DNA of 64,000 nucleotides from Thermoplasmata archaeon (GTDB taxonomy: Archaea > Thermoplasmatota > Thermoplasmata > UBA10834): positions 17-64,016 of the forward strand of contig JALOTQ010000001.1 of NCBI GenBank assembly GCA_025457815.1, written 5' to 3'. Below, piece after piece: positions 8,129 to 21,043 of this stretch (within the stretch, counting starts at the first letter, position 1; each line of letters opens with the position of its first letter). The position numbers and the translations under genes were made by a program. Under the pieces are notes generated by a model, which worked only from the letters and a program-made list of their open reading frames with translations, searched no databases and had not been told where the DNA came from.

Positions 8129-10873
8129 TCAGTCCCAGAAACGCTTCGTCCGGGCGTACATTATCTCGGCCGAGAGTATGTCCCTGAGGAACTCGTCCTC
8201 TTCCGTCTGGTACCTCGCGAGTATCCTTGCGGCGGTGTCGGGCCCCACCCCTCGTCCCACGAGCGCGAGAACGGCCCGCTTCCCGTGAGCCATGACCAAA
8301 TTGGCGTTCTTGTACAGCCTCTTTAGCTCCTTCTTCTGGTCCTCTGTCGACGCGCCCTTCCTGAGGATCTCGAGGTGCGACTTGACATAAGGTTGGACGG
8401 CCGCTAGGAGGACCCCGCCACACTTTGCGCACTTGAACCTCTCGGGCAGGTTGGCGACCGATGCGCGCTTCTGGGTCCTGCAGTTCATGCACACCAGCAC
8501 CACGTCCTCGTCCATGAGCCGCTGCTTGAGGGCGTTCAGGACCGCCTTGTCGGCCCTCTGCGGCTGCATCAGCTCCTTCCTGTCGCCTATCATCTCGGTC
8601 CCTATGTGCGACAACGGCCCGACCTGGAGCTCTATGCTCCCCTCCTGCAGCCTCCTGAGCACGACCTCGGCGGTGTCGATGTCCATGTTCTCGTGGAGTG
8701 TCTTCGCCAGCGCCTCCTCGAAGATCGGGCTGTGCTCGAAAACGTCGATGAGCCTCGAGAGGTTGAGCATCTTGTAGTCGGCCCCCTTGCTTATCGCCCC
8801 GAACTTCTTGGCGACATGCACGAACTGCCACTTCAGGATCGAGGAGTTCCTGAGGAGTAGCCTCATGAGCTGGTGCACGGAGGAAGGATCCGTCTCCTTG
8901 AGGACCTTCACGACATCCGATGCCTTGACGTTCCGAGGCGTCTCGAAGACTATCGAGTAGACATCCGACTGCACCCCGAAGCTCTCTCCGAACCTCGCAG
9001 TCAGAAGTCCGGCGACGAGCTTCGAAAGAGTCTCGTTGACCTTGCTGCCGAAGCAGCAGTTGACCACGATGACACCGTCCCCTTGCTCGACGGTGACGAG
9101 CTTGTCAGTCGGGAGCGGCCGATCGCCTTGCCTGCCTATCCATTCCAGGAGCTCCGCCTTCGCGTTAGTGTCTCCCGGATACATGTCGAGGGCGCGCAGG
9201 CGTCTCATCGCTCCCACCTCCTGGGCCACCTCGTAAGGCACTGGTATCTCCTCTCCGACCCAGGACGGCGTCCCTGCCAACTCGTGTATCTGCTCGACGA
9301 TTATCTCGTCCTCTCCCACCTCGATGACCCGCCACGCTCTTCCCCTGGCCACGAAGGTCGAGTACGGTTCCGCGTATGTGGCGACGAACCCCTCATCGAG
9401 GGTTCCGATGACACTCCTCGATGAGACCTCTCTGATCTTGTAGGTCTTCTCGTCGGGTATCATGGAGATGTTGTCGAAGAAATGCCTCATGCCCGTTTGC
9501 TTCTTCCTGAAAGCCGTCTCGTCGTTCCACAGTATGTGGAGCTCGCTGAGGAGTCTCAGGACGTCCTCGAAGTCCTTCCTCAGCAGGTTCCTGAAAGGGT
9601 ACGATCTCTTCACGGTAGTGAAGGCCCACTCCTTGTCGACCTTCCCTTGGGTGAGTGTCATCGCCACGAGCTGATTCGCCAGGACGCTGAGGGGGTTCTC
9701 TCTGACGGTGAACCTCTCGAGCTCTTCTATCATGGCCCTTCGTGCGATGACGAGGCTTTCGGCCACCTCAGACGGTTCGGTTGCGATGACGGCGCCGTTC
9801 GAGGTCTCGCCGACCTTGTGGCCCGATCTCCCGATCCTCTGTATGAGCCTCGTCACCTGCCTGGGTGAGTTGAACTGAATCGCGAAGTCGGCCGATCCTA
9901 CGTCTATCCCTAGTTCTAACGATGATGTACAGATCAACGCCTGGATCTTCTCCGACTTGAAGTCATCCTCCATCTGCACACGCACGTCCTTCGAGAGCGA
10001 GCCGTGATGGACCCCAATCCTCAGAGCCGAATCCCACAGATGGTACCTGACGCCGAGGGCCTCCGCGTTGTCCCTCGTGTTGACGAAGAACAGAGTCGAC
10101 CGATGCCCCTCGACGAGATCTCTGCAGCGCTTCATGGCTGCAATATGCTTCATGTCGGTCTGGAGCGTATTGGCCAGCGTTTTGTCGGAAGCGTTCTCGG
10201 GAGGGCTCTCCACGGAGATCCTCATGTCCTTCGCCGCCGAGACCCTCAGGACGTGCACGCTCCTGCCAACGCCCGCCAGGAAGTTGGAGATCTCTTCGAC
10301 CGACCCCACGGTCGCCGACAGCCCTATCCTCTGGAACTCCCCGGCCAATCCGACCAATCGCTCGAGGGCGACCGCAAGCTGAGCCCCTCGCTCGTCGTCG
10401 GCGAGCTCATGTATCTCGTCTATGACAACGAACTTCACATGCGCTATGTGCTGCCTCAGGATCCTGCCAATGAAAAGTAGCTGTAGCGTCTCGGGTGTGG
10501 TTATCAGGACGTCCGGAGGATGCTTGGTCTGCGCGGTCCTCTCGGACTGAGATGTATCTCCGTGTCTCACCGCTATGCTGAGTCCAACCGCCTCGCCGAA
10601 CTCCTTCAGGCGCTTCAGGAGATCCCTGTTCAGTGCACGCAGGGGGGTGACGTAGATGCATCTTATGCCCTTGCCCGAGGTTCCAGACAACTTGTGCAGG
10701 ATCGGTAGCATCGCCGCCTCGGTCTTCCCAATCCCTGTCGGGGCGACAAGGAGCAGGTGATCCCCCGACATAACGGCGGGAATTGCTTTCCTCTGGGGCT
10801 CCGTCGGTTCAGAGATTCCTCTAGAGGCCAGTAGTGTGCGCAGTCTCGTGTCGAGCAGTTTGAACTCGTTCAT
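8129..10873 (-). CDS. lhr: Lhr-family SF2 helicase with C-terminal Zn finger
   Basis: APTGIGKT, PLRALNRD, DEIH, LSAT, HHGSLS, SSLELGID, QRIGRSGH; CMNC..CAKC; ATG at 10873. Confidence 0.92.
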   Translation of the reverse strand: MNEFKLLDTRLRTLLASRGISEPTEPQRKAIPAVMSGDHLLLVAPTGIGKTEAAMLPILHKLSGTSGKGIRCIYVTPLRALNRDLLKRLKEFGEAVGLSIAVRHGDTSQSERTAQTKHPPDVLITTPETLQLLFIGRILRQHIAHVKFVVIDEIHELADDERGAQLAVALERLVGLAGEFQRIGLSATVGSVEEISNFLAGVGRSVHVLRVSAAKDMRISVESPPENASDKTLANTLQTDMKHIAAMKRCRDLVEGHRSTLFFVNTRDNAEALGVRYHLWDSALRIGVHHGSLSKDVRVQMEDDFKSEKIQALICTSSLELGIDVGSADFAIQFNSPRQVTRLIQRIGRSGHKVGETSNGAVIATEPSEVAESLVIARRAMIEELERFTVRENPLSVLANQLVAMTLTQGKVDKEWAFTTVKRSYPFRNLLRKDFEDVLRLLSELHILWNDETAFRKKQTGMRHFFDNISMIPDEKTYKIREVSSRSVIGTLDEGFVATYAEPYSTFVARGRAWRVIEVGEDEIIVEQIHELAGTPSWVGEEIPVPYEVAQEVGAMRRLRALDMYPGDTNAKAELLEWIGRQGDRPLPTDKLVTVEQGDGVIVVNCCFGSKVNETLSKLVAGLLTARFGESFGVQSDVYSIVFETPRNVKASDVVKVLKETDPSSVHQLMRLLLRNSSILKWQFVHVAKKFGAISKGADYKMLNLSRLIDVFEHSPIFEEALAKTLHENMDIDTAEVVLRRLQEGSIELQVGPLSHIGTEMIGDRKELMQPQRADKAVLNALKQRLMDEDVVLVCMNCRTQKRASVANLPERFKCAKCGGVLLAAVQPYVKSHLEILRKGASTEDQKKELKRLYKNANLVMAHGKRAVLALVGRGVGPDTAARILARYQTEEDEFLRDILSAEIMYARTKRFWD

Positions 10874-11046
10874 TCTCTGTTCGAAGAGTTGAGGTTCAGT
10901 ATATATCCTTTTCAGAGAGGCGGAAGGATGTTGGCATACCCGCTGGGATGCGTTCGAACGTTGTTCGATAGCACCCGGAATTCTTCTAAGCTTGTACCAA
11001 AAGTCGTATTTAGCGAAGTGCTTAATCGGCGACTCCGGGGAGTCAT

Positions 11047-12441
11047 ATGAGGAGAACCTTAGTTCTGACGATAGCCATCGGTCTGGCACTTGTCGTTTCC
11101 ATGTCGACCTTTGGCGTGTTGGTATTGGCGGGAGCCGGCAAATCGGGTGGTTTGCTGCAGCCCGAAACAGTTGCGAAGGATTACGTTCAGGATTCGCCAA
11201 TCGCGGATGCTGACTGGACAGTGATTGTGTATCTAGACGGAGACAACAACCTCGAATCCAGCGCCCTTCAGGACCTAGCTGAAATGGAGAAGATCGGTTC
11301 GAAATCTGGTGTCAACGTTGTCGTCCTGATGGACACACTGACGCTGACAGAAGGCACCCACTGGTACTACGTCGGTCAGGACACGGAGCATGTCAACCTG
11401 ACCGAAGGGACGAACCACTGCGACTGTGAGACGATCACTGGCGAGGCTTGCCCGGGCGAGCTGAACATGGCGGATGGAGCCACGCTCACATACTGCATCG
11501 AGACCGCGGCGGCGTTCGCTCCGGCTGAGAACTACATGCTTGTGCTCTGGGATCACGGCGGAGGCTGGTATGGCGTCTGCTGGGACGACAGCGCAGCGCT
11601 CATCGAGAACAGCGGGAAGACCGACAGGCTCAGCGTCGACGAGACAGGGAAGGCGATTGCGGCTGCAGAAGTGGAACTCGATGTCATCGCGTTCGACGCC
11701 TGCTTCAGCGGTGCCGTGGAGTTCGCCTATGAGCTCAAGGACCTCGCGGACTACATGGCCGCGTCCATAACCACCGTACCTGGCGCTGGCTACGCATACG
11801 ACAACCTGCTCGCAGGAATGACGGAAGACTCGACGATGGATGCGTATGAGGTCTCAAGGCTTGTCGCTGATACCTATGTCCAGTGGTACGCCAAGTGCCC
11901 GGGGAGCGGCATAGGCGGATACCCGTATGTCGAGATGTCCGTGATCGACCTATCGTACATCGAGGCCCTGGTCACCGGAGATGGCGGAATAGGCGACCTG
12001 GCGGAGGCACTCATCCCGCTTCTTGAGGACGAGAGCTACAGAGGATTGATTGAATCTGCGGAGTCGATGACGCCTCAGATACAGTTCAGCGGTGAGCAGT
12101 TCCCGTTCATCGACATCGGACTGTACGCGGCTGCGCTCGGGGAAAATATCCCTGAGCTGAGCGAACTCACCGAGAAGCTGCTAGCCCACGTTCAGGACGC
12201 AGTACCTTACCTCAACTTCGTGGCGACCGCGACAGATGCCCCGATGAAGACCTGCGGCATCTCGCTCTACTTCACATGCTGCTGGAACAGCGCGGTTGCG
12301 GAGTACGGCTACGAGACCTACGAGGAGGCAGAGGCTGCTGGAGCGTTGCCATACTACGGCCTGGACTTGGTGATTGACACTGACTGGGAAGATTTCCTTG
12401 AGGCATTCGTGATGTCTCAGGCGGAGGTCGACGCGGGATAA
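11047..12441 (+). CDS. Secreted clostripain-related cysteine peptidase (C11 family), acidic
   Basis: N-terminal hydrophobic signal; WTVIVYLDGDNNLE, WDHGGGW (His), FDAC (Cys). Confidence 0.85.
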   Translation: MRRTLVLTIAIGLALVVSMSTFGVLVLAGAGKSGGLLQPETVAKDYVQDSPIADADWTVIVYLDGDNNLESSALQDLAEMEKIGSKSGVNVVVLMDTLTLTEGTHWYYVGQDTEHVNLTEGTNHCDCETITGEACPGELNMADGATLTYCIETAAAFAPAENYMLVLWDHGGGWYGVCWDDSAALIENSGKTDRLSVDETGKAIAAAEVELDVIAFDACFSGAVEFAYELKDLADYMAASITTVPGAGYAYDNLLAGMTEDSTMDAYEVSRLVADTYVQWYAKCPGSGIGGYPYVEMSVIDLSYIEALVTGDGGIGDLAEALIPLLEDESYRGLIESAESMTPQIQFSGEQFPFIDIGLYAAALGENIPELSELTEKLLAHVQDAVPYLNFVATATDAPMKTCGISLYFTCCWNSAVAEYGYETYEEAEAAGALPYYGLDLVIDTDWEDFLEAFVMSQAEVDAG

Positions 12442-12465
12442 GGCCGAAGTCGCATTGACGATTAA

Positions 12466-13923
<1,458 letters not shown>

Positions 13924-14040
13924 GCGCTGGCGATACTCGGCCAGCAATCTGACACGGCCTTCGCGACATTCAGTTGTCCACTTGGATTGAGGATATCTGC
14001 CGAATGCAGAGTCAAATGAACAGCAAAATGGGACAGGTAA

Positions 14041-14052
14041 GGTCAATTGACC
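14041..14052. promoter_or_regulatory. Perfect palindrome GGTCAATTGACC upstream of the synthase-hydratase-icd operon, candidate operator
   Basis: 12-bp perfect inverted repeat in AT-rich intergenic DNA; further TTGACA copies near 14085-14097. Confidence 0.35.
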
Positions 14053-14331
14053 ATCAGATTGGCCTTTGACATTGACATAATGAAAGAGAAAAGTCCGAAA
14101 ATAGACACAATGGTGATATGGAACGCTGTTGTTCGTGCCTCCGGAAGGCAGGGAGACGCGATGAGGGGAGGTCAGCACGGAATCCGAATCTGTCCATCAC
14201 GCTCCTCTGAGCGCCTCCACGTCTCGTGTCTCTCGTGCGCCAGGCCGCTTGCGGTTCATGCGCACAGGGGTCCGTGATAGCGGCCCGGTCTCGTCGTTAG
14301 GGACCCGGTCGACAGGAATGGCAGGGATAAT

Positions 14332-15615
14332 GTGTCAGTGAGCACGAAGGAAAGTTGTGGCAAGAAGTCCGTCGGATGCGCAGCACCTGGCGTCGGAGCA
14401 TACCTCTCGACGCACCTGGATGCACACAATCCAGCGCTTGGGAGCATAGCGATAGTCGACACCACGTGCAGGGACGGGGAGCAGATGCCGGGCATGTCCT
14501 TCACCATGGAGGAGAAGCTCGGAATCGCCAAGAAGCTTGAGCTCATGGGGGTCGAGCAGCTCGAGACCTTCGCAACCTACAATGAGAGCGACAAGAGGTG
14601 CGCCCTGAAGCTGAAGGAGATTACCAGTGCGATCTCCATCATGGGCTGGAACAGGATGGTGAAGGCCGACGTCGTGGATTCGATCGCTCACGGGGTCGAC
14701 GCAGTCTCGGTCTCAACGGAGACCTCTGACATCGCCCTTGAGCACAAGTTCAAGATATCACGGAAGGAGCAGCTGGAGAAGCTGGCGGAATGCGTCTCCT
14801 TTGCCAAGGGCAAAGGGGTCTACGTATGCTTCAACGCGGGCGATGCCACCAGAACATCGATGGACTACCTGGTGGAGTTCGCCTCGGTCGGAAAGGCTGC
14901 GGGGGCTGACAGGTTCAGGATATGCGACACCATCGGCGTCCTGACGCCCGCGACCTCGAAGAAGATGATACACGAGGTCATGTCGGCTGTAGACATCGAT
15001 GTGGAGTTCCACGCTCACAACGACTTCGGGCTGGCCGTGGCGAACGCGCTCGCCGCGGCAGAGGCGGCCGCGCAGTTCCCTCAGAGGAAGCTGTGGGTCT
15101 CGACCACTGTGAACGGGCTGGGCGAGAGGGCAGGCAACGTCTCTCTTGAAGTCTTCGTCATGAACCTGCACAGCCACTACGGGATTGATCGCTACAGGAC
15201 AGAACACATACTGCCGCTGTGCAAGCACGTGGAGAAGGCCTCGGGCCTCTCAATCCCGCTCAACCACCCGATAGTCGGTGAGAACATGTTCACCCACAAG
15301 TCGGGCATACACGTGGACGGCATTCTGAAGAACCCGAGTCTCTACGAGGCCTTCGACCCGTCGAAGTTGGGCATATCCCGGAAGATCGCTCTAGGCAAAC
15401 ACTCCGGGAAATCGTCCATCAAGCACAAGCTTGAGCAGCTAGGTCTCTCAGCTGCCCCGGATGCGATCGAGGCGATAAGGCACGAGGTCGGCATAGCAGG
15501 CGAATCCAAGAAGAGGAACATAACCGACGACGAGTTCGTGGCGATATACAACACGGTCATGTTGGCAAAAGCGCCTCCATCCAGGAGCCTCGCCCAGAGT
15601 ATCACAAGGAGTTGA
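14332..15615 (+). CDS. NifV/homocitrate-synthase-like DRE-TIM synthase (possibly Re-citrate synthase)
   Basis: DTTCRDGEQ, GWNR, CDTIG, HAHNDFGLAVAN, NGLGERAGN, HKSGIH, LGKHSG; no LeuA regulatory domain; start uncertain. Confidence 0.85.
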   Translation: MSVSTKESCGKKSVGCAAPGVGAYLSTHLDAHNPALGSIAIVDTTCRDGEQMPGMSFTMEEKLGIAKKLELMGVEQLETFATYNESDKRCALKLKEITSAISIMGWNRMVKADVVDSIAHGVDAVSVSTETSDIALEHKFKISRKEQLEKLAECVSFAKGKGVYVCFNAGDATRTSMDYLVEFASVGKAAGADRFRICDTIGVLTPATSKKMIHEVMSAVDIDVEFHAHNDFGLAVANALAAAEAAAQFPQRKLWVSTTVNGLGERAGNVSLEVFVMNLHSHYGIDRYRTEHILPLCKHVEKASGLSIPLNHPIVGENMFTHKSGIHVDGILKNPSLYEAFDPSKLGISRKIALGKHSGKSSIKHKLEQLGLSAAPDAIEAIRHEVGIAGESKKRNITDDEFVAIYNTVMLAKAPPSRSLAQSITRS

Positions 15616-15618
15616 AGG

Positions 15619-16872
15619 ATGGGCCAGACCATAGCCGAGAAGGTATTGGCGGCGCACTCCGGCAGCGACTGTGCGGCCGGCGACATCGTCGTAGCGTCAG
15701 TGGATTTCTGTATGGCCCAGGATGGCACATCGACCATGATGATCCGTGAGCTGGAGAATCTCGGGTTCGAGCATCCGAAGACGGCGCTCGGGATGGGGCT
15801 GGTTCTGGACCACAACGCACCATGCCCCTCAGTGGAAGTCGCAAGGGTCCACCTGAGGATCCGCGGCTTCGCCGACAAGAACCGCATCCCGCTCTACGAG
15901 ACGGGCTGTGGCGTTTGTCACCAGGTTGTTCCGGAGAGCGGCAAGGTCCTGCCAGGGAGTCTCGTGGTCGGCGCGGATTCACACACATGCACATACGGAG
16001 CGTTGAACGCGTGCTCGACCGGGCTCGGTTCGGCCGACGTCGCGGCGGCTGCCTATGCAGGCAAGCTCTGGTTCAAGGTCCCCGAGACCTACTCCATCAT
16101 CGCAGAAGGCCAACTGCCCGACAGAGTCGGCGCCAAGGACCTAATGCTCAAGGTGATCGGCCGTTTGACGGCCGATGGGGCGACCTACAAGTCGGTCGAG
16201 TTCACCGGCGCGTCAGTCGCCTCGATGGGCATGGACGGTCGGTTCACCATAGCCAACATGGCCGTCGAGATGGGAGCGAAGTTCTGCCCGTTCTCCTTTG
16301 ACGAGAAGACGTCGTCGTGGTTGTCGGAGAGGGGGTTCTCCGCCGGGGCGCCAGTGTCGTCAGATCCGGATGCGCACTTCGAGAAGCGATTCGATTTCGA
16401 CGCAGCGGACGTCGTGCCACAAGTGGCGCGGCCTCACTCGGTTGACAACGTGTGCGACGCTTCAAGCCTGAGGGGGACGAAGGTGCAACAGGCGTTCCTG
16501 GGCACCTGCACGAACGGAAGACTGAGTGATCTGGAGGCAGCAGCGAGACTGATGAGAGGTCGGACCGTCAACAGAGGAGTCAGGTTCATCGTCGCGCCCG
16601 CTTCGAGGACGGTGCTGTTGGATGCGATGGCGAGCGGCGTTGCCGCGCAGCTGGTCAAAGCCGGCGCGGTGTTCGTCGCTCCTGGTTGCGGCCCCTGTGT
16701 CGGGACCCATGCCGGCGTGCCATCGGATGGAGAGAACGTCATATCGACTGCGAACAGGAATTTCAAGGGCAGGATGGGGAACAACCGGGACGTCGGAATC
16801 TTCCTGGGCTCGCCCGAAACCATTGCCGCCTCAGCCATCACCGGCGAGATAACGGATCCACGAGAGGTCTGA
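15619..16872 (+). CDS. Isopropylmalate/homoaconitate hydratase family, large subunit
   Basis: QTIAEK, DH, GVCHQ, GADSHTCT, GTCTNGR, GCGPC, STANRNF. Confidence 0.92.
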   Translation: MGQTIAEKVLAAHSGSDCAAGDIVVASVDFCMAQDGTSTMMIRELENLGFEHPKTALGMGLVLDHNAPCPSVEVARVHLRIRGFADKNRIPLYETGCGVCHQVVPESGKVLPGSLVVGADSHTCTYGALNACSTGLGSADVAAAAYAGKLWFKVPETYSIIAEGQLPDRVGAKDLMLKVIGRLTADGATYKSVEFTGASVASMGMDGRFTIANMAVEMGAKFCPFSFDEKTSSWLSERGFSAGAPVSSDPDAHFEKRFDFDAADVVPQVARPHSVDNVCDASSLRGTKVQQAFLGTCTNGRLSDLEAAARLMRGRTVNRGVRFIVAPASRTVLLDAMASGVAAQLVKAGAVFVAPGCGPCVGTHAGVPSDGENVISTANRNFKGRMGNNRDVGIFLGSPETIAASAITGEITDPREV

Positions 16873-16884
16873 TGGAGGAATGAC

Positions 16885-17391
16885 ATGCGGTTGACAGGAA
16901 ACGCCCACAGGTTCTCCCCAGACGATGACATCAACACAGACTACATCATCTCTGGAAGGTACAAGTTCAGGATTGACGACATGAACGAGCTGGCCAAGCA
17001 CGTGATGGAGGACATCGACCCGGTCTTCTCGAAGAAGGTGTGCAAGGGCGACTTCATCGTCGCTGGAAGGAACTTCGGATGCGGCTCGAGCAGGGAACAG
17101 GCCCCGAGGGCCTTGAAGGCAGCGGGCGTCTCCGCCGTACTCGCAAAGTCCTTCGCTCGGATATTCTACCGCAGCTCGTTCAACATCGGCCTTCCGTTGA
17201 TAGAGTGCGATACGGATTCGATAAGAGCGGGTGACAGGTTGACTGTAGATCTCGATGCGGGACTTGTCACCAACTCAGTGACTGGTGAGAGCATCCAGAC
17301 GAAATCCATACCCAGGACGATGCAAGTGCTTCTCGAGGATGGCGGCCTGATTGAGCACCTGAAGAAGCACGGCGATTTCGCGCTCGAGTGA
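16885..17391 (+). CDS. Isopropylmalate/homoaconitate hydratase family, small subunit
   Basis: DINTDYII, GRNFGCGSSREQA, SFARIFYR. Confidence 0.92.
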   Translation: MRLTGNAHRFSPDDDINTDYIISGRYKFRIDDMNELAKHVMEDIDPVFSKKVCKGDFIVAGRNFGCGSSREQAPRALKAAGVSAVLAKSFARIFYRSSFNIGLPLIECDTDSIRAGDRLTVDLDAGLVTNSVTGESIQTKSIPRTMQVLLEDGGLIEHLKKHGDFALE

Positions 17392-17411
17392 GGCATTGAG
17401 GAGTTGAATGC

Positions 17412-18588
<1,177 letters not shown>

Positions 18589-18596
<8 letters not shown>

Positions 18597-19881
18597 TCTC
18601 TGTCTCTTCTGTGAGCTTTCTCCTCAGCTCCTTCCGGTTCCTTGCGTCGATGCCTCTCTCCGCGAAGAAGCTCAGGATTGTAGTGACCACCGTCGTCCCG
18701 ACGATAACAACTAGCGTGACGTTGAGTATGAATGCCTCGTATTCGGGCTCCCAAACATCCGTCCCAGCCAGCACGACGGCGGGCGTCGTCGCGAGGACGG
18801 CCGCGGCGAGGCCTCTGGCCATCATTCCAAAGACAGCATCGGATTCCTCCTTGTCGAGGTCGCCCACCCTGGTAGCCAGAGACGCGGTCATGCGCCTGAC
18901 GACTACCACCACCGCGATTATCCCTATCCCTACCGCAAGGTGAGTGATCGTGAAGGTGTCGAACCTGATGAGAAGTCCGAGGTAGACGAAGAAGAAAGTC
19001 CTCACGAAGAAGGATATCTCCGAGTGGAACTCCTCGATGTGTCCGCTCGAGTGTTGATGAAGCGTTACGGAGGTAAGCCACCGCTTGACGTCCTTCCTGT
19101 TGCCAAGCGCGAGTCCGAACATCAGAGCTGCGACCGCGCCTGAACTGTTTATCGGGTCCATCTCGACCGCAGCGGCGATCGCGAACAGAGCTCCCACGGT
19201 GAGCATGTATGACAGGGGCTGCTTCTCGAGCTTCTGGAGCGCGAACAGCCAGAGGATGCCTGCCGCGAACCCGATTGCCGCCCCAACGAGGAATTTCACG
19301 GCGATCTCCTCCGCCATCGTGAGCAGGCTGAAATCTCCAACCTCGATGAGCGACATCAGGCTCAAAGCCACCGTGATGACCAGAACATCTGTCAGCACGC
19401 TCTCCCAGACGAGCATCGCCTTCGTTCTCGGCTTAATCCTCATCTTGTTTGTGATGGGGATGACGATCGCCGAGCTCGTCCCTCCGACTATGGTCGCGAA
19501 CACGAAGCTCAACACGAGGTCGATGTCGAAGATGAGGTGCAGAGCTACACCGACTACGAGCACCTCGAGAGCCATGTTGATGACTGTCACGAAAGTCGCG
19601 AGCCGCATGGATTCGAGCACGGCCCTGAGATCGAGTGTCAGACCTCCGTCGAACAGGATTAGAACGAGAGCGACTGAGAGGAAGATATCACGATACTGAT
19701 TGATGCTGTCAAGGCCCGAGATTCCGACCAGGCCGAGGACGTCAGGGCCAATCACGACGCCGAGGATGATCATGATGAGAACGTCTGGAATCCGATAGCG
19801 CGTGAATATCAGGTTGCCGAAGAACCCGATGAATATGGACGCTCCAACCGCCAGAAAGGCGATTATTGTTCCCTGCTCCAT
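18589..19881 (-). CDS. NhaP-type cation/H+ antiporter (CPA1)
   Basis: Multiple TM helices; [33 protein letters not shown]. Confidence 0.88.
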
Positions 19882-20079
19882 CGAACCACTGCGCCTCTGG
19901 GCCGCCAGGAACCCTTCGGGTCATTAGGGGGTGGGTGAGCCGGCGGCTCTCTTCCCTTTCTAACCTCCTACAGTCTATTTTACCTTATGGGGGAGAATAT
20001 CTGATGTGAGAAGCTGGCCAGTATGGAGAATCCTGCCTGCGAACCTGTTTAATACACTGTCCGCAGATTCACCGGTCAG

Positions 20080-21042
20080 ATGACCATAGAAGGTATCTCA
20101 GTCGATTCGCCCGAGGCCCTGCTCGGGGACTACGACGTTGTGATCATCGGCGCTGGCCCCGCAGGCCTCGCGGCCGGGATATACGCCGCACGCGCGGGCC
20201 TACAGTGCGTTGTGCTCGAGAAGGGTGTGGCGGGAGGCCAGGTCCTCACGAGCCCGAGCATCGAGAATTATCCAGGATTCCCTGAGGTGTCCGGCATGAA
20301 ACTGATGGAGACAATGGCGGAGCATGCCCGGAAGTACGTAGACATCAAGGAAGGCGAGGAGGTCCTCAGGGTCAGAGGCGGCGAGAAGTACGAGCTGATG
20401 ACCGTATCGGGCAGGTACACTTGCAGGGCGCTGATTCTGTCGACTGGCGCATATCATCGCAAGCTGGACGTTCCAGGTGAGGATGGCATGACCGGCAAGG
20501 GCGTCAGCTACTGCGCGACATGCGACGGCTTCTTCTACAAGGGAAAGGAGGTCGTGGTCGTAGGCGGAGGCAACACCGCCTTGACAGACGCCCTCTACCT
20601 GAACTCCATCGGGTGCAAGGTCACCATAATCCACAGACGCAATGCATTCCGCGCCGACAAGCACCTTCAGGAGAGCATCTCCAGACTGCGGATTCCTGTC
20701 ATGTTCGACACTGTCGTCGATGAGATCATCGAGGGGGACGCAGTCGCCTCGGTCAGGCTAAGAGATCTCAAGACCGGGGTTCTGAGCGTGAAGCCCACTG
20801 ACGGAGTGTTCATCGCCGTCGGTGAGGTCCCCTCGAGCCAGCTCGCCTCTGAGCTGGGCCTCGAGATGGACCATGGCGGGTTCATCGTAGTGGACAAATC
20901 CTTCCGGACGAACGTGCCCTTCGTGTACGCCTGCGGAGACGTGTCCGGCGGAATCAGGCAGATCGTCGCTGCTGTCCACGGCGGGGCGGCTGCTGCGCTG
21001 TCCTGCTTCGAGGACCTCATGAATCCATACTACAAGCGCTAG
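20080..21042 (+). CDS. trxB: Thioredoxin reductase
   Basis: IIGAGPAG, IENYPG, SYCATCDG, VGGGNTA, GDV. Confidence 0.93.
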   Translation: MTIEGISVDSPEALLGDYDVVIIGAGPAGLAAGIYAARAGLQCVVLEKGVAGGQVLTSPSIENYPGFPEVSGMKLMETMAEHARKYVDIKEGEEVLRVRGGEKYELMTVSGRYTCRALILSTGAYHRKLDVPGEDGMTGKGVSYCATCDGFFYKGKEVVVVGGGNTALTDALYLNSIGCKVTIIHRRNAFRADKHLQESISRLRIPVMFDTVVDEIIEGDAVASVRLRDLKTGVLSVKPTDGVFIAVGEVPSSQLASELGLEMDHGGFIVVDKSFRTNVPFVYACGDVSGGIRQIVAAVHGGAAAALSCFEDLMNPYYKR

Positions 21043-21043
21043 C

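Noticed and set aside
10874-11200. N-terminal extension of Lhr in the ORF track (likewise for eno, rlmE, hisH, hisA, porA and the kinase)
   Set aside because: The extensions run through promoters or neighbouring genes and lack family motifs; downstream starts were chosen
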